DNA of 64,000 nt from the human T2T-CHM13v2.0 reference genome, Homo sapiens (GCA_009914755.4 CP086569.2:37728001-37792000); one strand, 5' to 3'; shown: positions 1-14,241, counted from the first letter of the stretch. Numbers and translations are program-made. Notes: generated by a model not told the origin, from the letters alone.

Positions 1-13
1 GAAGGTTCTCGAA
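1..13. promoter_or_regulatory. Exact match to a trimeric heat-shock element (HSE) consensus, GAAggTTCtcGAA (nGAAnnTTCnnGAAn). It recurs at the start of 15 of the 18 unit starts in the window (3530, 7099, 10673, 14242, 17816, 21380, 24939, 28493, 32062, 35621, 39185, 42719, 46283, 55539).
   Basis: This is a direct match of the motif to the sequence. TTC is rare on this strand, so the motif stands out. Function is not demonstrated. Confidence 0.35.
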
Positions 14-1026
14 AATAATGGAAGCAAATGGAATGGAATTGAATGGAACGGAATAGAGTCGAATGGAATTGAATGGAATGGAATGGACTAGAGTGAAATG
101 GAATCGAACCACAAGGAATGGACAGGAATAGAATGGTCTCGAATTGAATGGAATCGTATGGAATGGCATCAAACGGAATGGAATGGACAGCCACGGAATG
201 GAATGCACTCGAATGCAATGGAGTCGAAACTTATGGACTGGAATAGAATGGACTCGACTGGTACGGACTCCAATGGAATGGAATCGAATGGAAGGGATTC
301 GAACGGAATGGACTCGAAGGGAAAAGACTGCAATGGAAAGGTCTCGAATGGAATGGAAATTAATGGAATGGAATGGAATCGAATGAAATGGAGTCAAAAG
401 GAATGGAATCGAATGGCAAGAAATCAAATGTAATGGAATCGCAAGGAATTGATGTGAACGGAACGGAATGGAATGGAATCCAAAGGAATGGAATAGAATG
501 GAATGGAATCGAATGGAAAGGACTCGAATGGAAATCACTCGAATGGAATGAAATTTAATAAAATAGGATCAAATGTAATTGAATGGAATGGAAAGGAATC
601 GAAACGAAAGGAATGGAGACAGATGGAATGGAATGGAACAGAGAGCAATGGTATAGAATGGAATGGAATCATCTGGAATGGAATTGAATGGAATGGAATA
701 ATATGAAATGGAATGGAATGGAATGGAATGGAATGCCCTTGAATTAAATGGACTGGAATGGAATGGACTCGAACAGAGTGGAATGGAAAGTGTTGAGATA
801 GAATGGAATGGACTCTTTTAGAATGGTCTAGTATGCAATGCAATCGACTGGCAGGGAATCAAAAGGAATGTAATCGAATGGATTGGACTGGAATGCAATG
901 GACTCGAATAGATTGGAAACGGAATGCAAAGGAATGGAATGGAATAGTATGGAATGGAATGGAAAGGAATGGAGTGGAATAGACTAGAGTGGAATGGAAT
1001 GGACTGGAAAGCAATGGACTGGAATG

Positions 1027-1039
1027 GAACTTTCTTGAA
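1027..1039. promoter_or_regulatory. Second exact HSE consensus match per unit, GAActTTCttGAA, at unit offset ~1026 (also 4556..4568 and 8125..8137). It is degenerate in B-type units (ctttcttgGAtgg, for example about 18845) and in U7 and U10 (gGATctttcttgaa).
   Basis: Direct match of the motif to the sequence. Variation in its integrity tracks the unit subtypes. Confidence 0.3.
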
Positions 1040-2834
1040 TGGACTGGAATCAAACGGAATGGAATGCAATGCAATCAAAAGGCATGGAATAAAATAGAAT
1101 GAAAGAGAATCAAATGGAATTGAATCGAATGGAATCGAATGGATTGGAAAGGAATAGAATGGAATGGAATGGAATTGACTCAAATGGAATGGACTAGAAT
1201 GGAATGGATTCGAATGGAAGGCAAAGGAATGGAATCTATTGGAATGGACAGTAATGGAATGGAATGGAAGGGATTGGAATGGACTCGAATGGAATGGACT
1301 GCAATAGAAAGGATTCGAATGGAATGAAAAAGAATTGAATGGAATAGAACAGAATGGAATCAAATCGAATGAAATGGAATGGAATAGAAAGGAATGGAAT
1401 GAAATGGAATGGAAAGGATTCGAATGGAATGCAATCGAATGGAATGGAATCGAACGGAATGGAATAAAATGGAAGAAAACTGGCAAGAAATGGAATCGAA
1501 ATGAATGGAGTGTTATGGAACGGACTCAAAAGGAATTGAATGTAATAGAATGGAGTGGAGTGGACTCGAATATAATGAACTGGAATGGAATGAAATCACA
1601 TGGAATGGGAACGAATGGAATGGAATGGAAAGGAATGGAATCGAATGGAAAGGAATCGAATGGAAGGGAATGAAATTGGATCAACAGGAATGGAAGGGAA
1701 TAGAATAGACGGTAATGGAATGGACTCGAATAGAATGGACACGAATGCTCAAATTGAATGGACTCGAATGGAATGGAAACAAAAGGAATGTCATCGAATG
1801 GAATTGAATCGATTGGAATGAAATCGCATAGAATGGAGTGGAATCAAATGGAATTGAATCGAAAGGAAAGGAAGCGAATGGACTGAAATGAAATGGAATG
1901 GAATTGAATGGAAAGTAATGTAATGGAATAGAATGGAACGAAATTTCACGGAATGGAATCAAACTGAATGGAATCAAATCAATGGAATCAAATCAAATGG
2001 AATGGAAAGGAATTGAATGGAGTAGATTGGATTGGATGGGATTGGAATGAAATGTACTGGAAAGGACTCGAATTTCATGAAACGGAATGGAATGAATTGG
2101 AACGGAATGGACTCGAATGGAATGGAATGTCATGGAATGGCATCAAATGGAATGGAATCGAATGCAATGGAATGCTATGGAATGGAATGGAATGCATTGG
2201 AATGGAATGTCCTCTAATGGAATGGATTCGAGTGGAATGGAATCGAATATAATGGAGTCGAATGAAATGGAATTGAAAGGAATGGGATCGAATACAATGG
2301 AATATACTGGAATGTAATGTAATGAACTCGAATGTAATTGACTGGAATGGAATGTACATGAATGGAATGTAATCGAATGGAAAGTAATCCAACGGAATAG
2401 AATCTAATGCAATAAAATCGACTCAGATAGAGTAGAATGTAATGGAATGGAGTGCAGTGCAATGGAATGGAATGGAATGGAATGCAATGGAATGGAATGG
2501 AATGGAATGGGATGGAATGGTATGGAATGGATAGTAATGGACTGGAATGAAATGGACTGGAAAAGAATGGACTCAAATTGAAAGGGCTCGAAAGGAATGG
2601 AGTCAAATGGAATGGTCTGGAATGGAATGAACACGAATGTAATGCAATCCAATAGAATGGAATCGAATGGCATGGAATATAAAGAAATGGAATCAAAGAG
2701 AATGGAAACAAATGGAATGGAATTGAATGGAATGGAATTGAATGGAATGGGAACGAATGGAGTGAAATTGTATGCAGTAGAAGAGAATAGAATGGAATGC
2801 AAGCGAAAGGAAAGGAATGGATTGCAATGGAATG

Positions 2835-2877
2835 GAATTCATTGGAATGGAAGGGAATGTAGTGTAATGGACAGGCC
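2835..2877. other. The only EcoRI site (GAATTC, 2835..2840) and the only HaeIII site (GGCC, 2874..2877) in the unit, recurring once per ~3.56 kb
   Basis: Context is ggaattcattggaatggaagggaatgtagtgtaatggacaggcctgg. It is present in every complete unit at the same offset. This is consistent with the classical single-cut 3.56-kb restriction ladder of DYZ1. Confidence 0.7.
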
Positions 2878-3529
2878 TGGAATAAAGTGGAATGCTACGG
2901 TCTCGAATGGAATAAAAATGTATGGAATGGAATGCAATGAAATGGAATCGAATGTCATAGAATGTAATGGAATGCAACAAAATGGAATCCAATATCATTG
3001 ACTGGAAAGGCTGGGTGTCGAAAGGAATTGACTCCAATGGAATGGAATCGAATGGAATGGAAGTGAATAGAATCGAACTAAATCGAATGGAATGGAATTG
3101 ATAGGAACGGAATGGAAAGGAATGCAATGATTTGGCATGGAATGGAATCGAATGGCATCGAATGGAATGGAATGGAATGCAATGGAATGGAATGTATTAG
3201 AATGTAATGAACTTTAATGGAATGTACTCGAATGGATTCGACTGGAATGGAATGTTCTGGAAGTGAATGGACTCCAATGGAATGGATTCAAAAGGAATGG
3301 AATCGTACGGAATGGAATCTAATGGAATGGAATTAAATGGAAATGAATCAAATTGAATAGCACGGAATTGAATTGAATGGAATGGAATGCAATGGAATCT
3401 AATGAAACGGAAAGGAAAGGAATGGAATGGAATGGAATGGGCTGGAATGGAAAGGAATCGAAACGAATGGAATGGAATCGAACTGAAGAGACTGGAATGG
3501 AATGCACTGGAATGGAAGGGAGTGTAATG

Positions 3530-6500
3530 GAAGGTTCTCGAAAAAAATGGAATCGAATGGAATGGAATTGAATGGAACGGAATAGAGTCGAATGGAATTG
3601 AATGGAATGGAATGGACTAGAGTGAAATGGAATCGAACCACAAGGAATGGAGAGGAATAGAATGGTCTCGAATTGAATGGAATCGTATGGAATGGCATCA
3701 AACGGAATGGAATGGACAGCCACGGAATGGAATGCACTCGAATGCAATGGAGTCGAAACTAATGGACTGGAATAGAATGGACTCGACTGGTACGGACTCC
3801 AATGGAATGGAATCGAATGGAAGGGAATCGAACGGAATGGACTCGAAGGGAAAAGACTGCAATGGAAAGGTCTCGAATGGAATGGAAATTAATGGAATGG
3901 AATGGAATCGAATGAAATGGAGTCAAAAGGAATGGAATCGAATGGCAAGAAATCGAATGTAATGGAATCGCAAGGAATTGATGTGAACGGAACGGAATGG
4001 AATGGAATCCAAAGGAATGGAATAGAATGGAATGGAATCGAATGGAAAGGACTCGAATGGAAATCACTCGAATAGAATGCAATTTAATAAAATAGGATCA
4101 AATGTAATGGAATGGAATGGAAAGGAATCGAAACGAAAGGAATGGAGACAGATGGATTGGAATAGAACAGAGAGCAATGGTATAGAATGGAATGGAATCA
4201 TCTGGAATGGAATTGAATGGAATGGAATAATATGAAATGGAATGGAATGGAATGGAATGGAATGCCCTTGAATTAAATGGACTGGAATGGAATGGACTCG
4301 AACAGAGTGGAATGGAAAGTGTTGAGATAGAATGGAATGGACTCCTTTGGAATGGTGTAGTATGCAATGCAATCGACTGGCAGGGAATCAAAAGGAATGT
4401 AATCGAATGGATTGGACTGGAATGCAATGGACTCGAATAGATTGCAAACGGGATGCAAAGGAATGGAATGGAATAGTATGGAATGGAATGGAAAGGAATG
4501 GAGTGGAATAGACTAGAGTGGAATGGAATGGACTGGAAAGCAATGGACTGGAATGGAACTTTCTTGAATGGACTGGAATCAAACGGAATGGAATGCAATG
4601 CAATCAAATGGCATGGAATAAAATAGAATGAAAGAGAATCAAATGGAATTGAATCGAATGGAATCGAATGGATTGGAAAGGAATAGAATGGAATGGAATG
4701 GAATGGACTCAAATGGAATGGACTAGAATGGAATGGATTCGAATGGAAGGCAAAGGAATGGAATCTATTGGAATGGACTGTAATGGAATGGAATGGAAGG
4801 GATTGGAATGGACTCAAATAGAATGGACTGCAATAGAAAGGATTCGAATGGAATGAAAAAGAATTGAATGGAATAGAACAGAATGGAATCAAATCGAATG
4901 AAATGGAATGGAATAGAAAGGAATGGAATGAAATGGAATGGAAAGGATTCGAATGGAATGCAATCGAATGGAATGGAATCGAACGGAATGGAATAAAATG
5001 GAAGAAAACTGGCAAGAAATGGAATCGAAATGAATGGAGTGTTATGGAACGGACTCAAAAGGAATTGAATGTAATAGAATGGAGTGGAGTGGACTCGAAT
5101 ATAATGGACTGGAATGGAATGAAATCACATGGAATGGGAACGAATGGAATGGAATGGAAAGGAATGGAATCGAATGGAAAGGAATCGAATGGAAGGGAAT
5201 GAAATTGAATCAACAGGAATGGAAGGGAATAGAATAGACGGTAATGGAATGGACTCGAATAGAATGGACACGAATGCTCAAATTGAATGGACTCGAATGG
5301 AATGGAAACGAAAGGAATGTCATCGAATGGAATTGAATCGATTGGAATGAAATCGCATAGAATGGAGTGGAATCAAATGGAATTGAATCGAAAGGAAAGG
5401 AAGCGAATGGACTGAAATGAAATGGAATGGAATTGAATGGAAAGTAATGCAATGGAATAGAATGGAACGAAATTTCACGGAATGGAATCAAACTGAATGG
5501 AATCAAATCAATGGAATCTAATCAAATGGAATGGAAAGGAATTGAATGGAGTAGATTGGATTGGATGGGATTGGAATGAAATGTACTGGAAAGGACTCGA
5601 ATTTCATGAAACGGAATGGAATGAATTGGAACGGAAGGGACTCGAATGGAATGGAATGTCATGGAATGGCATCAAATGGAATGGCATCAAATGGAATGGA
5701 ATCGAATGCAATGGAATGGTATGGAATGGAATGGAATGCATTGGAATGGAATGTCCTCTAATGGAATGGATTCGAGTGGAATGGAATCGAATATAATGGA
5801 GTCGAATGAAATGGAATTGAAAGGAATGGGATCGAATACAATGGAATATACTGGAATGTAATGTAATGAACTCGAATGTAATTGACTGGAATGGAATGTA
5901 CATGAATGGAATGTAATCGAATGGAAAGTAATCCAATGGAATAGAATCTAATGCAATAAAATCGACTCAGATAGAGTAGCATGTAATGGAATGGAGTGCA
6001 GTGCAATGGAATGGAATGGAATGGAATGCAATGGAATGGAATGGAATGGAATGGAATGGAATGGAATGGGATAATATGGGATGGAATGGTATGGAATGGA
6101 TAGTAATGGACTGGAGTGAAATGGACTGGAAAGGAATGGACTCAAATTGAAAGGGCTCGAAAGGAATGGAGTCAAATGGAATGGTCTGGAATGGAATGAA
6201 CACGAATGTAATGCAATCCAATAGAATGGAATCGAATGGCATGGAATATAAAGAAATGGAATCGGAGAGAATGGAAACAAATGGAATGGAATTTAATGGA
6301 ATGGAATTGAATGGAATGGGAACGAATGGAGTGAAATTGTATGCAGTAGAAGGGAATAGAATGGAATGCAAGCAAAAGGAAAGGAATGGATTGGAATGGA
6401 ATGGAATTCATTGGAATGGAAGGGAATGTAGTGTAATGGACAGGCCTGGAATAAAGTGGAATGCTACGGTCTCGAATGGAATAAAAATGTATGGAATGGA

Positions 6501-7098
6501 ATGCAATGAAATGGAATCGAATGTCATAGAATGTAATGGAATGCAACAAAATGGAATCCAATATCATTGACTGGAAAGGCTGGGTGTCGAAAGGAATTGA
6601 CTCCAATGGAATGGAATCGAATGGAATGGAAGTGAATAGAATCGAACTAAATCGAATGGAATGGAATTGATAGGAACGGAATGGAAAGGAATGCAATGAT
6701 TTGGCATGGAATGGAATCGAATGGCATCGAATGGAATGGAATGGAATGCAATGGAATGGAATGTATTAGAATGTAATGAACTTTAATGGAATGTACTCGA
6801 ATGGATTCGACTGGAATGGAATGTTCTGGAAGTGAATGGACTCCAATGGAATGGATTCAAAAGGAATGGAATCGTACGGAATGGAATCTAATGGAATGGA
6901 ATTAAATGGAAATGAATCAAATTGAATAGCACGGAATTGAATTGAATGGAATGGAATGCAATGGAATCTAATGAAACGGAAAGGAAAGGAATGGAATGGA
7001 ATGGAATGGGCTGGAATGGAAAGGAATCGAAACGAATGGAATGGAATCGAACTGAAGAGACTGGAATGGAATGCACTGGAATGGAAGGGAGTGTAATG
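3530..7098 (+). repeat. HOR unit U2 (3569 bp)
   Basis: Anchor at 3530 and 7099. Artefact ORFs 3627..3962 and 4098..5015 are homologous to those in the other units. Confidence 0.9.
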
Positions 7099-10000
7099 GA
7101 AGGTTCTCGAAAAAAATGGAATCGAATGGAATGGAATTGAATGGAACGGAATAGAGTCGAATGGAATTGAATGGAATGGAATGGACTAGAGTGAAATGGA
7201 ATCGAACCACAAGGAATGGACAGGAATAGAATGGTCTCGAATTGAATGGAATCGTATGGAATGGCATCAAACGGAATGGAATGGACAGCCACGGAATGGA
7301 ATGCACTCGAATGCAATGGAGTCGAAACTAATGGACTGGAATAGAATGGACTCGACTGGTACGGACTCCAATGGAATGGAATCGAATGGAAGGGAATCGA
7401 ACGGAATGGACTCGAAGGGAAAAGACTGCAATGGAAAGGTCTCGAATGGAATGGAAATTAATGGAATGGAATGGAATCGAATGAAATGGAGTCAAAAGGA
7501 ATGGAATCGAATGGCAAGAAATCGAATGTAATGGAATCGCAAGGAATTGATGTGAACGGAACGGAATGGAATGGAATCCAAAGGAATGGAATAGAATGGA
7601 ATGGAATCGAATGGAAAGGACTCGAATGGCAATCACTCGAATAGAATGCAATTTAATAAAATAGGATCAAATGTAATGGAATGGAATGGAAAGGAATCGA
7701 AACGAAAGGAATGGAGACAGATGGAATGGAATGGAACAGAGAGCAATGGTATAGAATGGAATGGAATCATCTGGAATGGAATTGAATGGAATGGAATAAT
7801 ATGAAATGGAATGGAATGGAATGGAATGGAATGCCCTTGAATTAAATGGACTGGAATGGAATGGACTCGAACAGAGTGGAATGGAAAGTGTTGAGATAGA
7901 ATGGAATGGACTCCTTTGGAATGGTCTAGTATGCAATGCAATCGACTGGCAGGGAATCAAAAGGAATGTAATCGAATGGATTGGACTGGAATGCAATGGA
8001 CTCGAATAGATTGGAAACGGGATGCAAAGGAATGGAATGGAATAGTATGGAATGGAATGGAAAGGAATGGAGTGGAATAGACTAGAGTGGAATGGAATGG
8101 ACTGGAAAGCAATGGACTGGAATGGAACTTTCTTGAATGGACTGGAATCAAACGGAATGGGATGCAATGCAATCAAATGGCATGGAATAAAATAGAATGA
8201 AAGAGAATCAAATGGAATTGAATCGAATGGAATCGAATGGATTGGAAAGGAATAGAATGGAATGGAATGGAATGGACTCAAATGGAATGGACTAGAATGG
8301 AATGGATTCGAATGGAAGGCAAAGGAATGGAATCTATTGGAATGGACTGTAATGGAATGGAATGGAAGGGATTGGAATGGACTCAAATAGAATGGACTGC
8401 AATAGAAAGGATTCGAATGGAATGAAAAAGAATTGAATGGAATAGAACAGAATGGAATCAAATCGAATGAAATGGAATGGAATAGAAAGGAATGGAATGA
8501 AATGGAATGGAAAGGATTCGAATGGAATGCAATCGAATGGAATGGAATCGAACGGAATGGAATAAAATGGAAGAAAACTGGCAAGAAATGGAATCGAAAT
8601 GAATGGAGTGTTATGGAACGGACTCAAAAGGAATTGAATGTAATAGAATGGAGTGGAGTGGACTCGAATATAATGGACTGGAATGGAATGAAATCACATG
8701 GAATGGGAACGAATGGAATGGAATGGAAAGGAATGGAATCGAATGGAAAGGAATCGAATGGAAGGGAATGAAATTGAATCAACAGGAATGGAAGGGAATA
8801 GAATAGACGGTAATGGAATGGACTCGAATAGAATGGACACGAATGCTCAAATTGAATGGACTCGAATGGAATGGAAACGAAAGGAATGTCATCGAATGGA
8901 ATTGAATCGATTGCAATGAAATCGCATAGAATGGAGTGGAATCAAATGGAATTGAATCGAAAGGAAAGGAAGCGAATGGACTGAAATGAAATGGAATGGA
9001 ATTGAATGGAAAGTAATGCAATGGAATAGAATGGAACGAAATTTCACGGAATGGAATCAAACTGAATGGAATCAAATCAATGGAATCTAATCAAATGGAA
9101 TGGAAAGGAATTGAATGGAGTAGATTGGATTGGATGGGATTGGAATGAAATGTACTGGAAAGGACTCGAATTTCATGAAACGGAATGGAATGAATTGGAA
9201 CGGAATGGACTCGAATGGAATGGAATGTCATGGAATGGCATCAAATGGAATGGCATCAAATGGAATGGAATCGAATGCAATGGAATGCTATGGAATGGAA
9301 TGGAATGCATTGGAATGGAATGTCCTCTAATGGAATGGATTCGAGTGGAATGGAATCGAATATAATGGAGTCGAATGAAATGGAATTGAAAGGAATGGGA
9401 TCGAATACAATGGAATATACTGGAATGTAATGTAATGAACTCGAATGTAATTGACTGGAATGGAATGTACATGAATGGAAGGTAATCGAATGGAAAGTAA
9501 TCCAATGGAATAGAATCTAATGCAATAAAACCGACTCAGATAGAGTAGAATGTAATGGAATGGAGTGCAGTGCAATGGAATGGAATGGAATTGAATGCAA
9601 TGGAATGGAATGGAATGGAATGGAATGGAATGGAATGGAATGGAAAGGAATGGGATGGAATGGTATGGAATGGATAGTAATGGACTGGAGTGAAATGGAC
9701 TGGAAAGGAATGGACTCAAATTGAAAGGGCTCGAAAGGAATGGAGTCAAATGGAATGGTCTGGAATGGAATGAACACGAATGTAATGCAATCCAATAGAA
9801 TGGAATCGAATGGCATGGAATATAAAGAAATGGATTCGAAGAGAATGGAAACAAATGGAATGGAATTGAATGGAATGGAATTGAATGGAATGGGAACGAA
9901 TGGAGTGAAATTGTATGCAGTAGAAGGGAATAGAAAGGAATGCAAGCGAAAGGAAAGGAATGGATTGTAATGGAATGGAATTCATTGGAATGGAAGGGAA

Positions 10001-10672
10001 TGTAGTGTAATGGACAGGCCTGGAATAAAGTGGAATGCTACGGTCTCGAATGGAATAAAAATGTATGGAATGGAATGCAATGAAATGGAATCGAATGTCA
10101 TAGAATGTAATGGAATGCAACAAAATGGAATCCAATATCATTGACTGGAAAGGCTGGGTGTCGAAAGGAATTGACTCCAATGGAATGGAATCGAATGGAA
10201 TGGAAGTGAATAGAATCGAACTAAATCGAATGGAATGGAATTGATAGGAACGGAATGGAAAGGAATGCAATGATTTGGCATGGAATGGAATCGAATGGCA
10301 TCGAATGGAATGGAATGGAATGCAATGGAATGGAATATATTAGAATGTAATGAACTTTAATGGAATGTACTCGAATGGATTCGACTGGAATGGAATGTTC
10401 TGGAAGTGAATGGACTCCAATGGAATGGATTCAAAAGGAATGGAATCGTACGGAATGGAATCTAATGGAATGGAATTAAATGGAAATGAATCAAATTGAA
10501 TAGCACGGAATTGAATTGAATGGAATGGAATGCAATGGAATCTAATGAAACGGAAAGGAAAGGAATGGAATGGAATGGAATGGGCTGGAATGGAAAGGAA
10601 TCGAAACGAATGGAATGGAATCGAACTGAAGAGACTGGAATGGAATGCACTGGAATGGAAGGGAGTGTAATG
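7099..10672 (+). repeat. HOR unit U3 (3574 bp)
   Basis: Anchor at 7099 and 10673. Confidence 0.9.
9582..9655 (+). repeat. Perfect (GGAAT)n microsatellite-like run inside the unit (approximate coordinates). Its copy number varies between units and is the main source of unit-length variation.
   Basis: The perfect run varies from roughly 4 copies in U1 (about 2480 to 2510) and U12 (about 41683 to 41722) to roughly 11 copies in U3 (9582 to 9655). Confidence 0.75.
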
Positions 10673-13600
10673 GAAGGTTCTCGAAAAAAATGGAATCGAA
10701 TGGAATGGAATTGAATGGAACGGAATAGAGTCGAATGGAATTGAATGGAATGGAATGGACTAGAGTGAAATGGAATCGAACCACAAGGAATGGAGAGGAA
10801 TAGAATGGTCTCGAATTGAATGGAATCGTATGGAATGGCATCAAACGGAATGGAATGGACAGCCACGGAATGGAATGCACTCGAATGCAATGGAGTCGAA
10901 ACTAATGGACTGGAATAGAATGGACTCGACTGGTACGGACTCCAATGGAATGGAATCGAATGGAAGGGAATCGAACGGAATGGACTCGAAGGGAAAAGAC
11001 TGCAATGGAAAGGTCTCGAATGGAATGGAAATTAATGGAATGGAATGGAATCGAATGAAATGGAGTCAAAAGGAATGGAATCGAATGGCAAGAAATCGAA
11101 TGTAATGGAATCGCAAGGAATTGATGTGAACGGAACGGAATGGAATGGAATCCAAAGGAATGGAATAGAATGGAATGGAATCGAATGGAAAGGACTCGAA
11201 TGGAAATCACTCGAATAGAATGCAATTTAATAAAATAGGATCAAATGTAATGGAATGGAATGGAAAGGAATCGAAACGAAAGGAATGGAGACAGATGGAT
11301 TGGAATAGAACAGAGAGCAATGGTATAGAATGGAATGGAATCATCTGGAATGGAATTGAATGGAATGGAATAATATGAAATGGAATGGAATGGAATGGAA
11401 TGGAATGCCCTTGAATTAAATGGACTGGAATGGAATGGACTCGAACAGAGTGGAATGGAAAGTGTTGAGATAGAATGGAATGGACTCCTTTGGAATGGTC
11501 TAGTACGCAATGCAATCGACTGGCAGGGAATCAAAAGGAATGTAATCGAATGGATTGGACTGGAATGCAATGGACTCGAATAGATTGCAAACGGGATGCA
11601 AAGGAATGGAATGGAATAGTATGGAATGGAATGGAAAGGAATGGAGTGGAATAGACTAGAGTGGAATGGAATGGACTGGAAAGCAATGGACTGGAATGGA
11701 ACTTTCTTGAATGGACTGGAATCAAACGGAATGGAATGCAATGCAATCAAATGGCATGGAATAAAATAGAATGAAAGAGAATCAAATGGAATTGAATCGA
11801 ATGGAATCGAATGGATTGGAAAGGAATAGAATGGAATGGAATGGAATGGACTCAAATGGAATGGACTAGAATGGAATGGATTCGAATGGAAGGCAAAGGA
11901 ATGGAATCTATTGGAATGGACTGTAATGGAATGGAATGGAAGGGATTCGAATGGACTCGAATGGAATGGACTGCAATAGAAAGGGTTCGAATGGAATGAA
12001 AAAGAATTGAATGGAATAGAACAGAATGGAATCAAATCGAATGAAATGGAATGGAATAGAAAGGAATGGAATGAAATGGAATGGAAAGGATTCGAATGGA
12101 ATGCAATCGAATGGAATGGAATCGAACGGAATGGAATAAAATGGAAGAAAACTGGCAAGAAATGGAATCGAAATGAATGGAGTGTTATGGAACGGACTCA
12201 AAAGGAATTGAATGTAATAGAATGGAGTGGAGTGGACTCGAATATAATGGACTGGAATGGAATGAAATCACATGGAATGGGAACGAATGGAATGGAATGG
12301 AAAGGAATGGAATCGAATGGAAAGGAATCGAATGGAAGGGAATGAAATTGAATCAACAGGAATGGAAGGGAATAGAATAGACGGTAATGGAATGGACTCG
12401 AATAGAATGGACACGAATGCTCAAATTGAATGGACTCGAATGGAATGGAAACGAAAGGAATGTCATCGAATGGAATTGAATCGATTGGAATGAAATCGCA
12501 TAGAATGGAGTGGAATCAAATGGAATTGAATCGAAAGGAAAGGAAGCGAATGGACTGAAATGAAATGGAATGGAATTGAATGGAAAGTAATGCAATGGAA
12601 TAGAATGGAACGAAATTTCACGGAATGGAATCAAACTGAATGGAATCAAATCAATGGAATCAAATCAAATGGAATGGAAAGGAATTGAATGGAGTAGATT
12701 GGATTGGATGGGATTGGAATGAAATGTACTGGAAAGGACTCGAATTTCATGAAACGGAATGGAATGAATTGGAACGGAATGGACTCGAATGGAATGGAAT
12801 GTCATGGAATGGCATCAAATGGAATGGCATCAAATGGAATGGAATCGAATGCAATGGAATGCTATGGAATGGAATGGAATGCATTGGAATGGAATGTCCT
12901 CTAATGGAATGGATTCGAGTGGAATGGAATCGAATATAATGGAGTCGAACGAAATGGAATTGAAAGGAATGGGATCGAATACAATGGAATATACTGGAAT
13001 GTAATGTAATGAACTCGAATGTAATTGACTGGAATGGAAGGTATATGAATGGAATGTAATCGAATGGAAAGTAATCCAATGGAATAGAATCTAATGCAAT
13101 AAAATCGACTCAGATAGAGTAGCATGTAATGGAATGGAGTGCAGTGCAATGGAATGGAATGGAATGGAATGCAATGGAATGGAATGGAATGGAATGGAAT
13201 GGAATGGAATGGAATGGGATGGGATGGAATGGTATGGAATGGATAGTAATGGACTGGAGTGAAATGGACTGGAAAGGAATGGACTCAAATTGAAAGGGCT
13301 CGAAAGGAATGGAGTCAAATGGAATGGTCTGGAATGGAATGAACACGAATGTAATGCAATCCAATAGAATGGAATCGAATGGCATGGAATATAAAGAAAT
13401 GGAATCGGAGAGAATGGAAACAAATGGAATGGAATTGAATGGAATGGAATTGAATGGAATGGGAACGAATGGAGTGAAATTGTATGCAGTAGAAGGGAAT
13501 AGAATGGAATGCAAGCAAAAGGAAAGGAATGGATTGGAATGGAATGGAATTCATTGGAATGGAAGGGAATGTAGTGTAATGGACAGGCCTGGAATAAAGT

Positions 13601-14241
13601 GCAATGCTACGGTCTCGAATGGAATAAAAATGTATGGAATGGAATGCAATGAAATGGAATCGAATGTCATAGAATGTAATGGAATGCAACAAAATGGAAT
13701 CCAATATCATTGACTGGAAAGGCTGGGTGTCGAAAGGAATTGACTCCAATGGAATGGAATCGAATGGAATGGAAGTGAATAGAATCGAACTAAATGGAAT
13801 GGAATGGAATTGATAGGAACGGAATGGAAAGGAATGCAATGATTTGGCATGGAATGGAATCGAATGGCATCGAATGGAATGGAATGGAATGCAATGGAAT
13901 GGAAGGTATTAGAATGGAATGAACTTTAATGGAATGTACTCGAATGGATTCGACTGGAATGGAATGTTCTGGAAGTGAATGGACTCCAATGGAATGGATT
14001 CAAAAGGAATGGAATCGTACGGAATGGAATCTAATGGAATGGAATTAAATGGAAATGAATCAAATTGAATAGCACGGAATTGAATTGAATGGAATGGAAT
14101 GCAATGGAATCTAATGAAACGGAAAGGAAAGGAATGGAATGGAATGGAATGGGCTGGAATGGAAAGGAATCGAAACGAATGGAATGGAATCGAACTGAAG
14201 AGACTGGAATGGAATGCACTGGAATGGAAGGGAGTGTAATG
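10673..14241 (+). repeat. HOR unit U4 (3569 bp)
   Basis: Anchor at 10673 and 14242. Near-identical to U2. Confidence 0.9.

Larger units (their letters stand above)
1..3529 (+). repeat. HOR unit U1 (3529 bp), phased on the anchor motif gaaggttctcgaa
   Basis: The anchor motif gaaggttctcgaa is at 1 and again at 3530. The internal (GGAAT)n tract near 2461 to 2520 is short, which explains the short unit length. Confidence 0.85.

Noticed and set aside
98-433. The 111-aa ORF MESNHKEWTGIEW… recurs in every unit, and many similar MEWNG-rich + strand ORFs recur with it
   Set aside because: They are translations of (ATGGA)n/(GGAAT)n, with ATG recurring every 5 to 10 bp. They are low-complexity, overlapped in other frames, and inactivated by single SNPs with no compensating pattern (91-aa version at 25096 and 35778).
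2400-2560. Telomere-like or G-quadruplex-forming simple repeat
   Set aside because: The runs are GGAAT, not TTAGGG. They lack the four closely spaced G3 tracts needed for a canonical quadruplex.
4098-5015. The 305-aa minus-strand ORFs rich in IPFHS/FHSIP (the longest is 328 aa at 48910..49896)
   Set aside because: They are the reverse-complement reading of the same pentamer repeats. The 328-aa one exists only because the deletion junction fused two frames. This is not coding.
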